DNA of 64,000 nt from Botryllus schlosseri (lineage: Eukaryota): NCBI GenBank assembly GCA_051294905.1, contig CM119371.1, forward strand, positions 15,688,001 through 15,752,000, written 5' to 3'. Position 1 is the stretch's first letter. The number at the start of each line of letters is the position of its first letter. Made by a program: the position numbers and the translations under genes. This document shows, piece after piece, positions 13,757 to 27,229 of this stretch. Under the pieces are notes generated by a model. That model searched no databases. It saw only the letters and a list, made by a program, of their open reading frames with translations, and was not told the DNA's origin.

Positions 13757-15420
13757 TCAATTTGAAATCTTGATATACTTGGCATACGACGCGCAGCACG
13801 CCTCCATGACGCCAGCACTTCGTTTGGTAGGTTGCGCCTCATTCGCGGGGATTTCAAGCTCGCGTAGTTCAACAGTTTTAACGTCAGTGCCCAACACGCC
13901 GCCGAATATGTACAGTTTGTCGGAAAGGTGGACTTTGACATGTCGGCATTGTATCTCTAAATTGTTCAAAATCTGCCATTGCCTCGTCTGTTCTTTTAGG
14001 AATTCGACTGTACACGTGACGCCTCCGAGAGCGTACAGAAATTCCTTGTACCAAATGGCTGCCCCGTACGCCCTCCCCTTGATCATCGATGGAGATTGCG
14101 AATACTCCTTTTTTTGGAGTATCAATCTTGAAACAGAAGTGCTTTCGTCTGCATCGGTGTATCCTTCCCGTCCGCCCAACACATATACTGACTTTTTATC
14201 GCTAGCAACAAAAAATCCATCTGAAAGTCGCATATCCTCGTAATCCACCCTGTGCCCACCAGCAGAGGCTATATCAAACATCTTAGTTGACCGAATGGAG
14301 ACCATTATCACCCACTTTCCGGTGCAAATAATCTTATTGTACTGTGACTTATCGCGGCCATCGTATTCTTCGTCGCTTTCGTCTTCGTCGTCGCTACCGT
14401 TGTCTTCCCCCATTGTCATTACACATCTCCATTCTGTCCCGTTGAAGGCGTGCAAAGAAACACTGTCGCCAACGTAAAGTATTCCGTGATATTCCACAGC
14501 CTGACAATGCCGGCCAACAGTTGATGGCAGTTCACCGGCTTTTTCCCACGTCCCATTGCACAAGTCGTATTGGTAAAGCACTTTCGTAGCTGTATTAATC
14601 GACGTGATGTGACTCATCGGCGGGATCCTATTCTCAGCGGGAGGTAGCGTGCCTGCGAAGCAATTGCGGATATGTTGCAGGCATTTCAGCGAGCCGTCAA
14701 TCAGATTCACTGTATAAATTCGCTTTTTAACGATTTCTCGCGGAATGCGTTGTAAATCGATCTTTAGAAATAGATCGTGAAATTGGTTTTTTCTTTCTTC
14801 GACATTCGCGTTCGTCCACACCACCAGCCCGGCCCATTTTATGAGCTCGGACGATCGAAACGAACCACTCATCAAATCGAAACAATAATCCATCATCTCG
14901 TAATCCAGCAAGTTGATACGGGTAGACTTTACGAGCGCATATAGATTAGCACCAAGAAATGTCAAATCGGCCCATTTAAAGCATCCTTGTTATAGAGACG
15001 AGACAAGTTGATCACTTCCGCGAACGTTGTCAGATCGATGTTTTCGGCCAGGAATTCGACGCATAGTTCGGATAGTTTCGGCATCTGCAGCATTTCCGCA
15101 GCATCAAGCAGGCCTCTCGCTAATATCTTGGAGATCCCCACAGACCCCAAATAAATGAAGTGGACGCATTGGCTCAAAACCTCGGGAGTCATTGCCGAAG
15201 AGAAGTCTATAATTCCGGTGTTGGCTTCGTACGTGTCATTGGAGAACATCCCCCTAAAATATTCCGTGCATGCGGCCAAAACGCATTTATGCGCCATAAC
15301 TTTGACGTGTCCGCATGTAATGGTGACGTCGCAAAACTCCCCATTTGCTTTTAATTGCGACAACAGATTGCTTTGGTGCGGTTCCGATTTTTTGTAAACG
15401 ATCGTCATCTCAGATTCCAT
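13757..15420 (-). pseudogene. Second, divergent intronless Kelch-like (BTB-BACK-Kelch) gene with one frameshift
   Basis: ORF 14962-15420 has the BTB (FCDVTITCG...AHKCVLAACTEYFRGMF). Overlapping ORF 13757-14965 has BACK and Kelch motifs (VYVLGGR, LYALGG, LYIFGG). Total span 1664 nt = 3n+2, implying a 1-nt loss near 14965. Confidence 0.85.
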
Positions 15421-15425
15421 AATCT

Positions 15426-15546
15426 ATTTACATCCGCCGGCAAGCGTTTGAACCGCGTGTTTCGGATATCGGTCAGGAACATATGGCGGTCACAATGCCG
15501 TTGTATGAGAATAAAGAGGAATCTATATAGTGAATGAGTTCTTTAA
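15426..15546 (+). repeat. ~120-bp diverged direct repeat (second copy 37067-37188) of the region just upstream of the 15420 Kelch gene
   Basis: ATTTACATCCG...TTTGAACCGCGT...TATCGGTCAGGAACATATGGCGG...GAGAATAAAG...GAGTTCTTTAA occurs at both sites with scattered substitutions. Confidence 0.85.
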
Positions 15547-15984
15547 TGCCCGTATTATGAAAAATTTGATAGCACGAGAATTACGTAGTACTCGTATTAA
15601 AACGCGATTTAGGACTGACGGAGGTTGGCATTACAAAAATAATCTTAGTCGGCGCCTATCAAATACTCGTTTCAGCTTTAGAACCGGGGAATCGCGTCAG
15701 AAAGGTGAGTAATACCTACGGTACCGGTTCGGCACGCTAGCTTATGGTTACTCGAGCTGCTCATTTTTCTAGTTCTGGACAACAATGGTCGGTCACACCT
15801 GGCTCGCCTACAAAACAGAAGAGAAGCATTTGTCATTTTCCGATTATTTCAGTCAGACTGATACACGCAATGTTATCGAATATGGATTCTGAGAAGAGGG
15901 GAGAAAAGGAGCGAACTATTCAGAATATGAAAAGGAATTATTGGTCAATTTGGTGGCCAGGACACCGAAGTAGTTATATAGATC

Positions 15985-16447
15985 GCTCGTGATTCGCCAT
16001 TGTTTCTTATGGGCCCGCTGGTGAGGTGCCGCGAAACTCGTATTGGTGATGGCACCCTTTTGACCCCCCCTTCCGCTGGTGAGGTGCCATGTGTTCTTAT
16101 GGGATCTCTGGTGATGGCACCCTTTCCGGTATAGGCTTCGTCGGTGATGTGCCGTGAAAACTCGTGTTGGTGATGGCACCCTTTCAGACCCCCTATCGCT
16201 CGTGATGTGCCATTGTTTCTTACCAGATCTCTGGTGATGTGTCATTGGTTATTCGCCATGTGTTCTTATGGGTGCGGTCGTGATTCGCCTTTTCGGGTAT
16301 AGGGCGTGGTCGTGATTCACCGTGAAAACTCGGGGTCGTGACTCACCCTCTTTGCTATAGGCGGTGGCGGCGATTCGCCTGTCGTGTATTCTTACGGGTT
16401 CTGTGGTGATTCACCATGTGTTCTTATGGGCGCGGTCGTGATTCGTA
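15985..16447 (+). repeat. Subterminal array of ~16 GTGA-nnn-GCC/ACC motifs (mirror at ~33127-33589)
   Basis: CGTGATTCGCC, GGTGAGGTGCC, GGTGATGGCAC and GGTGATGTGCC variants mostly ~25-33 bp apart, with a higher-order period of ~123 bp (16020 vs 16143). Confidence 0.85.
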
Positions 16448-17914
16448 CTTTCAGGTATCTCTCGCGTGGTGTTGAATATGTACGAGTCGCCAACAATAAC
16501 CGCACAAACGGAAACGTGGCTTGTTGTGAGGATTTACGCAGTGCGTGCGACAGACGGCGATTCGAATATCAACAATAGTCGCGTTCGCAAACTAACACTT
16601 CAAAAAGATGTGAAATATTTGTAAAATCCTACGATCGCTCACAAGATACCACTTCCGGCAAATCGATCTATCACTCAATACACAACCGAAGTTGAATTGT
16701 AATTGAATGCGTAAATTTATCACCTCGACATCAAAATTCGAAAACAACAACTTGACGCTTTATGTTCTCACTCTAATTTCATGATAAGTGTAATAAGTGC
16801 CGAATAACAGATACATCACCGGCGAGACTTGAATACCAACAAATTGTCACTTATTTCTATTCTAGCCGTAATCCTTTGTGAAGTTAAAGTTCAAAAAGGT
16901 GTGAAATAGTTTGCAAAACCCCGCGATCACTGACAAGATAATGTCTCAGACATACCCATCTTTCACGACTTGGTGTCATAGCCATACCGATCGCTCACGC
17001 GGTGAAATTTTAGTAATCAGTTTGTCACAGAACTAGATTTCACTGGTAAGATTTAATAAATACCGACTATCAGAACCATCAGTGTGGGTAACTTGAATAG
17101 CAACAAATTGTCACTTATTTCCGACGGGAAATTCACTAAACCGCAGTACATTGTGTGATTTTGAAAAACAGATGTTTGCGCTTGCGTTTTGATATGTGCG
17201 ACCCACTAACTACATCCGTTTTGCGAACACGGCTTGTTGTGAGGATTACGCGCGCGCCCTATATTTCGAATGACCTGCGCGCTGAAGTGCGAAATAGTTT
17301 GCTAAATCTAGTAATCAGTCGCAAGGTGTTACTTTAGAAATTAGTTTACCATAGAACCGGCGTAGTCGGTGATTCGAATACCGACAAATTTTCACTTATT
17401 TCTGACCCAACCCTAATCCTCTGTGAAGTTGACGCTTATTCAAAAAGGTGTGAAATAATTGTAAAATCCTAACCCGAAACCGATTATTTTGACTTTGGCG
17501 TAGTGTGCATTGAAATAGGATTGACAAACATGACTAGCAACTTCCCCACAGTCCCGTTTCGATATTATACACACATTGATTTGAAACAAGTAATGTAACA
17601 TTACAACTCTATTCCCGATCCAGCTTTCCGTTTGTCAAAGAGACATTTTAACATCTTACCATACTCAAAAGAATTATTCACAACATTAACAAGTGTTTAA
17701 AATCTAGTTTTCACTTACTTGGCTATATCAGTACAACTCACAAACTTGAATTAATTCATCTGGTTGTATTCATAGGACCGATAATTTTTATCCAACTGTA
17801 AAGGTCGTTATACTATTCTGTAAGACAGAGTATTTATTAAGCGGTGCATATACGATTTGACTTGGGCATATTATATTTTGAGTATACGAGATTTGAGTGT
17901 CAGAACAATAACTG

Positions 17915-17993
17915 AGAATTAAATTATCACAATTGAATCCATATACGACAGCGTGAATTAAATTATCACAATTGAATCCATATACGACAGCGT
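17915..17993 (+). repeat. 39-bp tandem duplication in the arm (mirror ~31581-31659)
   Basis: GAATTAAATTATCACAATTGAATCCATATACGACAGCGT x2. Confidence 0.9.
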
Positions 17994-20900
17994 AAAAGAT
18001 ATTGGGATGTCAGCATCTCTTTACGGTTATAGTTACAACCACATTACCTAATTTACCCGACCAACTCGTCATGATCATTCCCGAAATCAACACAAACATG
18101 ACTACTGACTTGAGTCAACCACAAAACAGCATCAAGTTTTAAATCCACTTGTAGCTTACGACTTATTTGAATGCGGGTTATGTTTTGTTGTAATTGAGTG
18201 TACGGAAATAGTATTACGTCTCGACATCTCACCATCTTACCATACTCAAAGAGTCAACCACGAAAACATTGTCAAGTAAATCCGTTTGTAACTTACCCAA
18301 CCAACTCAAACAGTATCAGTATGAAAAACAGCCAAACATACACGAATCCATACAATCACTAAAACCTAAAATCCATAACAAGCTTGGTTGTATTCATATC
18401 CCTACACATCTTTTTTTATTCAGCTTGAAAAGTCGTTACTATTCTGTAAGATAGAGGAATTACTACGCGGTATATTCTGCAAGACAAACTAATTACTACT
18501 CGGTATATTTTGTAAGACAAAAGTAATTACTTCTCAGTGTCGGCGACTTGAGATTAACATAATATGTTTGAGTATACGAGATTTGAAAGTCCGACCAACG
18601 TAGTTGAGAATTCATTTCTTACAATCGAACAATGGTGTTATATTCAAAGTTATCATGCTGTGGACATAAGATTGACACATTGATTTGACATATGAGATTT
18701 GTAATAGTTGATCATTACTTTATTATTAAATTATTTGCGTTAATTAGACCCGGCGTTATGGTAAATGTTATGACAGCAACAAACTTTTCAGTACCAATGT
18801 TATTAAAACATTAAGCTGTAAAACTATGTATGTCTGAAATGTTCTTGATAGGAAAATTACTCCACCTTGGTAAAAATCACTCTGCGTATTACGGATATCA
18901 GAAAATATTTCCAGTACCCAAGACTAAAGATGAAACGACAATTTCGTTTGCTGATTAACAACCGGTACAATACTTTATCATCATAATCCGCGGTGAGAAT
19001 TGAAACACTTTCGCGCATTACCCGGTGTCAAGATATCACACTAGGTGAATTGACATACCGCCGCTTGAATAATACCTAATCCGTTCGCACCATTTCACAT
19101 ACTTTGATCATTACAAAAGTAAATTGTGATATGTTTGTTAGATGCATTCAATTCAACTAGAAGTGTCTGGTACACAACAATCGTAATATCGAAAAAGTAC
19201 TTGCCACACTGTTATTTGCTAAACGTGTTTTGCATTGTTGTTCATTTGTAGTATTGATTGTTTTTGAACCCCCAAATCATAATTCCCGACATGAAACCAA
19301 GCCGCTGAAAGTCGTTACCATCACGAAGATACAATGTGCACGATGTTTGTCAAATGTGTCCTACCTGGCCAACAGAAAACAATTTTCACTCACTCGAAAT
19401 GAAACCAATGTGATGGTCTCCATTCGATATTTTGTTTGTGTCAAATATACTTTGCAATGAACACATTTGCGTGGTTGAGCTTTGCCATCATCAAGCTGTC
19501 ATTTGTATCGTTTAATTAACCGACATTTAGCGATTGGTGAACATACCGAACGATACACAGTCACTTCGAAATACTCCGTTGATCGTAATTTCCATCATCA
19601 TAATAATCGAAGTACAATTGCTTCGAATCGCTAGAGTGGTTGAGCTTTACATCATCAGACTGCCATCTGTACATCAAGAAGACATCCGCCTTGTAACTGG
19701 GTCGTTTACCTAACCGAGTTTTATGCACAGTTTGATATTTAGCGATTGCAGAACATACCATTTCGAAATACTGCGTTGATCTCAATTCCTTTGTCGTGAT
19801 AATCGAAGTATATTTGTTTCGATTTCATAAAAACCAACTTTTCTATGACATGATAAATTTTTGAAAAGTTATACTTAGAAGGTTGGTGCATATCGCGAAA
19901 AATAATATACCACCCATATTGATATTGCTACTCCATTGATCGGTATTTTCACGCGAGTCGATTTTCAAATGAGTAAAATTTATTACATGAGTTTCTCCGC
20001 TTAATGTAAATGAAAACTCAGTCGTCTTTTAACATCACAAAGACATTGATAAAAAGTAAGCAATCAAACACAACACTTTGTACGACACTAGTTATTGTTC
20101 CACACATCTCATTTCATACTAAGTGTATACGAAAGATATTCATGATGCACGAAAATATTCGCTCATGCTACAAACCCGTAGAATGATTGGTGGTGCAAGG
20201 CCAGCACAATTGTGGTATCCATCCGAGTTTAGTTAACACAAATTTATTACAACAGAGCCACGTAAACTTTCGTGAAAGAAAAGCATACTCACTTTCAGAG
20301 GGTTATGTCAATGCCATAGCAGTAAATCAAAAATATTCCTAACCCTTTGCACACCGGTGACAAATCATACAACAAACATTTTTTGTGAGTCGAATTGTTG
20401 TTCAGTGTCAAGTCTACCTGTTGAAAAGTGCATTAAAACAACACAGTCACAATTCAATTAAAACCACGAATCTATTTTCATTTCGTCACATACAGAAAAA
20501 TAAATTTTCTTTCCCCAACACATACTTGTAACCAATCGCTTTCATTAAACACACAACTCCATAAAAGTATTTACTTTCTACAACATAGACATTCCGATGT
20601 AGTCAAGAAATATTAAAACGGACACGACACGACTGAATGTAAGGGGATAGAAGTCTATCGCATCGATTTACATGTGGTCTTCGCTACGGTTTCAAAAAAC
20701 GAATCATCTATTTTGCATTGGTCGAGACCGAGCGAGTCAGTTACATGTATTCGCGGTAATGATTTTTCTTGTCATATGCGAATGATAGGTTTGCTACTCC
20801 GACAAATCAAATCAACAAACAACAACAATCTTCTGACGATCATAATAGCAATTTCATTTGCCACCCCTTCGTAATTGTACACGCACGAAAAGTATATTGT

Positions 20901-20999
20901 ACAACTCGGCAACTACGTTTAACAAGACCAATCACACTACCAGCGTTGAACGCAAGATACCTACCCAAGTCAAAAATATCATACGGGTTTGGACAACTG

Positions 21000-21575
21000 A
21001 CGTTTACCTGTGTAAAATTATCATTTTCACTTGGCGATCTATCCTTTCCTAGAGTAACAAACCCTTGTCGTTTACAAATCTATTTTTTTTTCCTACAACA
21101 AAAAACTATTTTCACTTGGAAAAATACTTTTACCTAGAGTAACTAATCATTTTCTTTTAAAAATATGTTTTCTCCCTGGGTAACAAACCCTTTTCGTTTG
21201 GAAAACTATCATTTACCTGAGTACCAATACCGTTTTCACTTGGCAGTCCGTCGTTTACCTGGCTAAACATATCATTTTCACTTGGAAATCTATTTTTTCC
21301 CAGAGTAAGAAACCTTTTTCACTTTGAAATCTATTTTTTCCCTGGGTAACAAACCTTTTTCACTTGGAAATATATTTTTCCCCAGGTAACAAACCTTTTT
21401 CGCTTGGAAATATATTTTTCCCTGGGTTACAAACCTTTTTCACTTGGTGGTCCGTCATTTACCTGGATAAAAATATCATTTTCCTTTGGGGGATCTGGCG
21501 TTTACCCAGTGTAACAATACATTTTCTCTTGGTCATCTAGCTTTTCCTAGAGTAACAAAACCATTTTCGTTTTGA
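21000..21575 (+). repeat. ~40-bp minisatellite in the arm (mirror ~23968-24543)
   Basis: Unit like CACTTGGAAATATATTTTTCCCAGGTAACAAACCTTTTT (21361-21400, 21401-21440) plus degenerate neighbours. Confidence 0.9.
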
Positions 21576-24500
21576 AAAGTGACAACTACATCGGTCAATT
21601 TGATATTTTTTGTATATTGTTACAACGGATAGCGACAAAATATACACCAACAACAACTCCAATACATTTGTGTAATCGCATATTCACTTGTGCTGATGCA
21701 GCCCATCAAAACCCTCAGTTACCCACATGTAATGCGCTGTATATCGAAATGCATGTTTTGGAAAATTGGACAATAGGCATCGATAGTTCTGTGATGTCCG
21801 GGTTCGTGCTTTGGATTTTCCAGAGTCAAAATGTCTGAATAAAACACCTCCTCGACGACGGTTGGTATGTGGATAACGGGGTTCGGAAGACGGTTGGATT
21901 TATGTCACCCATCGCGATAACAATTCCAGGTCGAGTTTTCCCCCCGCATGTTTACTATATTGTGTCTTTATTGGTCAATGTATGTCTCGACATTCAGATT
22001 GAAATCGGAAATGATAAAGTATGTAACCGGATCCGGATATCAACTCTGAATCGATAAACCAATGAATAATATTCAAAGTAAACATGTTACATTCCACGAA
22101 AAAATACCATCCAGACATACGTCGCGCTTGTTTGCCCACAACAGTATACGCGTAAATGGAGGTGTGTGACATTGCATGCAATGTGTTGGTATACAAACAT
22201 CGGGGAGTAATCCTTCGATCCACAGACATTATCATAGCCGGTAATTTTGATGCAGATCGAATGTCACCCGATAACAATACCAATAAGCCACATTGCAATG
22301 ACTCTGAGTCCGCACTATTACATCGATATTTCGACACCGTTCACTGATTTATTCGATGGTGTTATCGTGTTGTAACATTACAAGATAGTCATGATCCTAT
22401 CTGTAGACGGACCACCCAGATCAATTGGATACATCGGTCAATATCCATCGTGTTGTCGACACCGAAGTTTTCTGCTGAGACTACAGCGTTTGATCTAGGT
22501 GAACTATCGAAGTACGGTGCTCGAAATGATTGCAATCAGTCTTTCAGTCACGATCAATGGATGTCGCTACTCCCACATAACGACTCCGGATAAATATCGT
22601 GCAAATGTCGGACTGATATTGTGATCCAATAAGGTATGTTTCTGTGGAATGAAGACTGCAATCGTACACCACAATAGAACACTACCTCGTGATTTCACAC
22701 GCAATCATAAAACACACTTTCGTAAGGGTCTAGCTCGTCCGGTGACATTTCGAAACGGTCGTCACCACAAGAGATCGGGGTTGGTCTCGTCATATCGGAG
22801 CATTTTGAAACGACATCGTCACAAGTCTATTGACGTCGATTCAGTTGGTCATGTCAATCCGTTTCACAATCCACCGTTTTTCAACTCCCCGCACCATAGT
22901 GTTACGACACAGACAAGAAGCGTCGGTGGAAATAATAAAACACGGAAAGCACACTTTGGTGTTATTTGACATGGATTTTACACCCGACGAACCTCACATT
23001 CGAGCGATGCATTGGAATGACGCTTGTATTATTGATGTAGAAGGAACAGAAATGTATCGATTTATTGGTTTCGTACGTATCCAACAAAAATCTGGGTATA
23101 TGATTGTGCATGGTTCGCATATTTGACTGTGAACGCTCTATTGGTATATGCTGTATAGTTCACTTTCACCGTCGTGCGAATAACCCATGTTACGGTTCGG
23201 TGTTTGTGTGTCTGTATGTCACGCTTCAGATTGACTCAGAGTCATTGCAATGTGGCTTATTGGTATTGTTATCGGGTGACATTCGATCTGCATCAAAATT
23301 ACCGGCTATGATAATGTCTGTGGATCGAAGGATTACTCCCCGATGTTTGTATACCAACACATTGCATGCAATGTCACACACCTCCATTTACGCGTATACT
23401 GTTGTGGGCAAACAAGCGCGACGTATGTCTGGATGGTATTTTTTCGTGGAATGTAACATGTTTACTTTGAATATTGTTCATTGGTTTATCGATTCAGAGT
23501 TGATATCCGGATCCGGTTACATACTTTATCATTTCCGATTTTAATCTGAATGTCGAGACATACATTGACCAATAAAGACACAATATAGTAAACATGCGGG
23601 GGGAAAACTCGACCTGGAATTGTTATCGCGATGGGTGACATAAATCCAACCGTCTTCCGAACCCCGTTATCCACATACCAACCGTCGTCGAGGAGGTGTT
23701 TTATTCAGACATTTTGACTCTGGAAAATCCAAAGCACGAACCCGGACATCACAGAACTATCGATGCCTATTGTCCAATTTTCCAAAACATGCATTTCGAT
23801 ATACAGCGCATTACATGTGGGTAACTGAGGGTTTTGATGGGCTGCATCAGCACAAGTGAATATGCGATTACACAAATGTATTGGAGTTGTTGTTGGTGTA
23901 TATTTTGTCGCTATCCGTTGTAACAATATACAAAAAATATCAAATTGACCGATGTAGTTGTCACTTTTCAAAACGAAAATGGTTTTGTTACTCTAGGAAA
24001 AGCTAGATGACCAAGAGAAAATGTATTGTTACACTGGGTAAACGCCAGATCCCCCAAAGGAAAATGATATTTTTATCCAGGTAAATGACGGACCACCAAG
24101 TGAAAAAGGTTTGTAACCCAGGGAAAAATATATTTCCAAGCGAAAAAGGTTTGTTACCTGGGGAAAAATATATTTCCAAGTGAAAAAGGTTTGTTACCCA
24201 GGGAAAAAATAGATTTCAAAGTGAAAAAGGTTTCTTACTCTGGGAAAAAATAGATTTCCAAGTGAAAATGATATGTTTAGCCAGGTAAACGACGGACTGC
24301 CAAGTGAAAACGGTATTGGTACTCAGGTAAATGATAGTTTTCCAAACGAAAAGGGTTTGTTACCCAGGGAGAAAACATATTTTTAAAAGAAAATGATTAG
24401 TTACTCTAGGTAAAAGTATTTTTCCAAGTGAAAATAGTTTTTTGTTGTAGGAAAAAAAAATAGATTTGTAAACGACAAGGGTTTGTTACTCTAGGAAAGG

Positions 24501-25055
24501 ATAGATCGCCAAGTGAAAATGATAATTTTACACAGGTAAACGTCAGTTGTCCAAACCCGTATGATATTTTTGACTTGGGTAGGTATCTTGCGTTCAACGC
24601 TGGTAGTGTGATTGGTCTTGTTAAACGTAGTTGCCGAGTTGTACAATATACTTTTCGTGCGTGTACAATTACGAAGGGGTGGCAAATGAAATTGCTATTA
24701 TGATCGTCAGAAGATTGTTGTTGTTTGTTGATTTGATTTGTCGGAGTAGCAAACCTATCATTCGCATATGACAAGAAAAATCATTACCGCGAATACATGT
24801 AACTGACTCGCTCGGTCTCGACCAATGCAAAATAGATGATTCGTTTTTTGAAACCGTAGCGAAGACCACATGTAAATCGATGCGATAGACTTCTATCCCC
24901 TTACATTCAGTCGTGTCGTGTCCGTTTTAATATTTCTTGACTACATCGGAATGTCTATGTTGTAGAAAGTAAATACTTTTATGGAGTTGTGTGTTTAATG
25001 AAAGCGATTGGTTACAAGTATGTGTTGGGGAAAGAAAATTTATTTTTCTGTATGT

Positions 25056-25384
25056 TGCAGCAATTAGAGCTTATTGTCTCTGATGATCTGTATAAAAGTA
25101 CAGCTAACCAATCGTCTTGGTGCTCGGCTATACAATACTTATCTCGAGAAGCTGTTGCCTTGGGTGAAGTTCTTCGTACCAGATATATGCTCAATACAAT
25201 GGTTTATTCGACGTTGATGCAGTAGTAGCGTATAGAGTCTCAATCATAATAAAGGTAATCTCTAACACGTGTTACCTACACTTATATAGAAGTCTCGACT
25301 CTCTAGTAATCACAACGAGAAGTAGTTTCTTATTCGAGACATAGTGAAATATCATGGGCGAGTGATCACAGCGTTATCACTGCA
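25056..25384 (-). repeat. 3' LTR
   Basis: Identical to 28754-29082; TG...CA ends. Confidence 0.92.
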
Positions 25385-26083
25385 TTATCTCTACTTGAAA
25401 AGGGAATTAATTAGGAATAATTAAGGGAAAAGCCAATTAGATTATACGACCATGAATGACAAAATCGATTTACTATGTCGAATACAAGTTTTGGTACAGA
25501 AAGGTCACCCCGTCCCCATTAAAAAAAAAGAGATCGGTTAGTAACAATTACGAGTAAAGACTTAATTTCAACGACCATTTAGTAATCACATGAAATGTTG
25601 TCAACAACTACAATGAATTAGGCCTATACAGTTTCAGTTTTAGTATGAGTATTGCAAGAGCAAGGTTTTATACTGCTTTTCTAATATACAAGTTATCCTA
25701 ATTGGAATAACACAAAGCAATTTAATCCTAAGCAAAAAGTAAGCCTAATCAAATACAAATTCATCCACGTGACAGCCCAAATCATCATGAGTGGTACCGC
25801 CGCTGTTCACGTGAAGGCAGAATTCACTTCGGTTCGTGGCCGGTATATATACAAGAGTGGCCAGTTCAAACATTGCAATATCTCGATCGATATTGTACGC
25901 GTAACTTCAGTTTCGGGCCGTGGCCCATATGCACCAGTGTGTTCCTGGTCAGTGAAATCCGTACAAAATCTCGATCGATAATGTACATGTGTTTCCGGCG
26001 TACAACTTGCTACTCAACTCGTGTGTGCCTGCACTGTTGTGCACGTGCAGGTTCCTGTGGGGTCTGGCATCGTCTGCGATTCA

Positions 26084-26666
26084 TCATTGTCTGATTGACA
26101 CAGACTTCAGCGTATATATAGCGTATATATAGCTCACGCTGTGCGGGGTTGAAGATACGACGTGGCTACGTACGCGTGTTGGCGCTAAAGTGCCGGCCAA
26201 TGATTGCAGAGGTGGGATATCTTCGGGCGATCGGTCGCGGTATATCGATGTCGTTTCGTCGGTGGAATAGCGGCGAACTGTTGCTGTCAATTGTTGCAGT
26301 GCGACCGCACGTGGTTTCAGAATCGTCCCGAAGTATATTGCCAGGTCGTTGTTGAATTGGTCGAAAGCGTTTTGATGACTTTGCACATATGAGTAGAGCA
26401 TGGTACGCCGGAACGCGGAAGTGTGGACGACGGACACGTATATTTTCATCAATTCTGTAAAAACCTCACGACAGCATGACGAAGAAAGGGAATATACTAG
26501 CACGATTATAACTAGCACAAAATATCAATACATGCATGAAATAAAACACAAAGCCTATCAATAAGCAACCAGTCAGAGAAGGCACCGAATTTAGCAAGGT
26601 GTCAACAATATCAGAAACAATTAAAGAAATAATAAGGCACGCTGTTCCTACAGCGATGCAAGGCAA
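26084..26666 (-). pseudogene. Decayed membrane-protein ORF inside the LTR element (env-like position)
   Basis: Overlapping ORFs 26466-26666 and 26084-26518 join by a frameshift into a hydrophobic stretch (LLIGFVFYFMHVLIF/LVIIVLVYSL) followed by CC. Confidence 0.3.
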
Positions 26667-27229
26667 GAGTTACTCACCGTGACTTCAATCACTGGAAGCT
26701 ACGAATAAAAATGCGGGAAGCCGTGCTAAAAATTTGCACGTGGTGAGGGAAATTTAGAAAAAAATAACAGGAAGTCTGCCAGCAACTAGACGGCGCTTAG
26801 GGGTGACGGGAAAAGTCCGCGTAATCTAAAACAAATGAAGGATTTATTAGAAATGTAAGTGAGTAATTACAATATCTGTCAAACTCACATTGATCATGGC
26901 AAGATGTTATCATATACAGAGGAGTGAGAGGGCTGTTATGCGTCTGTAAATATATGAAAGCTGAAAGGCCTATGAAATCCCTTTTTGAAATGCCGTCATA
27001 CTACCATTACTCAATGTGGAGTTACGAATGGGTTCTTTGAATGAAAGATGCGTCATTATGGACGATCGGTAAAAGTACAATATTCGGGCAAATTAGCATA
27101 ATTCCGGTTAGATAATAATGGTGGAACCGAATGATGATTTCAGGCGATTATATGCTGAACAAGAAATTTGTATTGCAAAATTACACTTCCTTGCTAAAGC
27201 GTTACGAAATTTAAGAAACCGTTGTGTTT

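Larger units (their letters stand above)
15969..22310 (+). repeat. Left arm (6,342 bp) of the giant palindrome
   Basis: 15969-20491 pairs with 29083-33605 and 20488-22310 pairs with 23233-25055. No net indels; only a few substitutions noticed. Confidence 0.97.

Noticed and set aside
15985..16447. CRISPR-like array (also the 21000-21575 and GACTC repeats)
   Set aside because: Eukaryotic context, degenerate short repeats, non-unique spacers and no cas genes.
20488..25055. A separate inner inverted-repeat element
   Set aside because: It continues the outer arms; the offset equals the LTR element plus its 4-bp TSD (49574-45543 = 4031).
25066..25112. Hammerhead ribozyme in the LTR (CTGATGA followed by a hairpin)
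   Set aside because: The conserved GAAA after stem II and a stem III pairing are missing.
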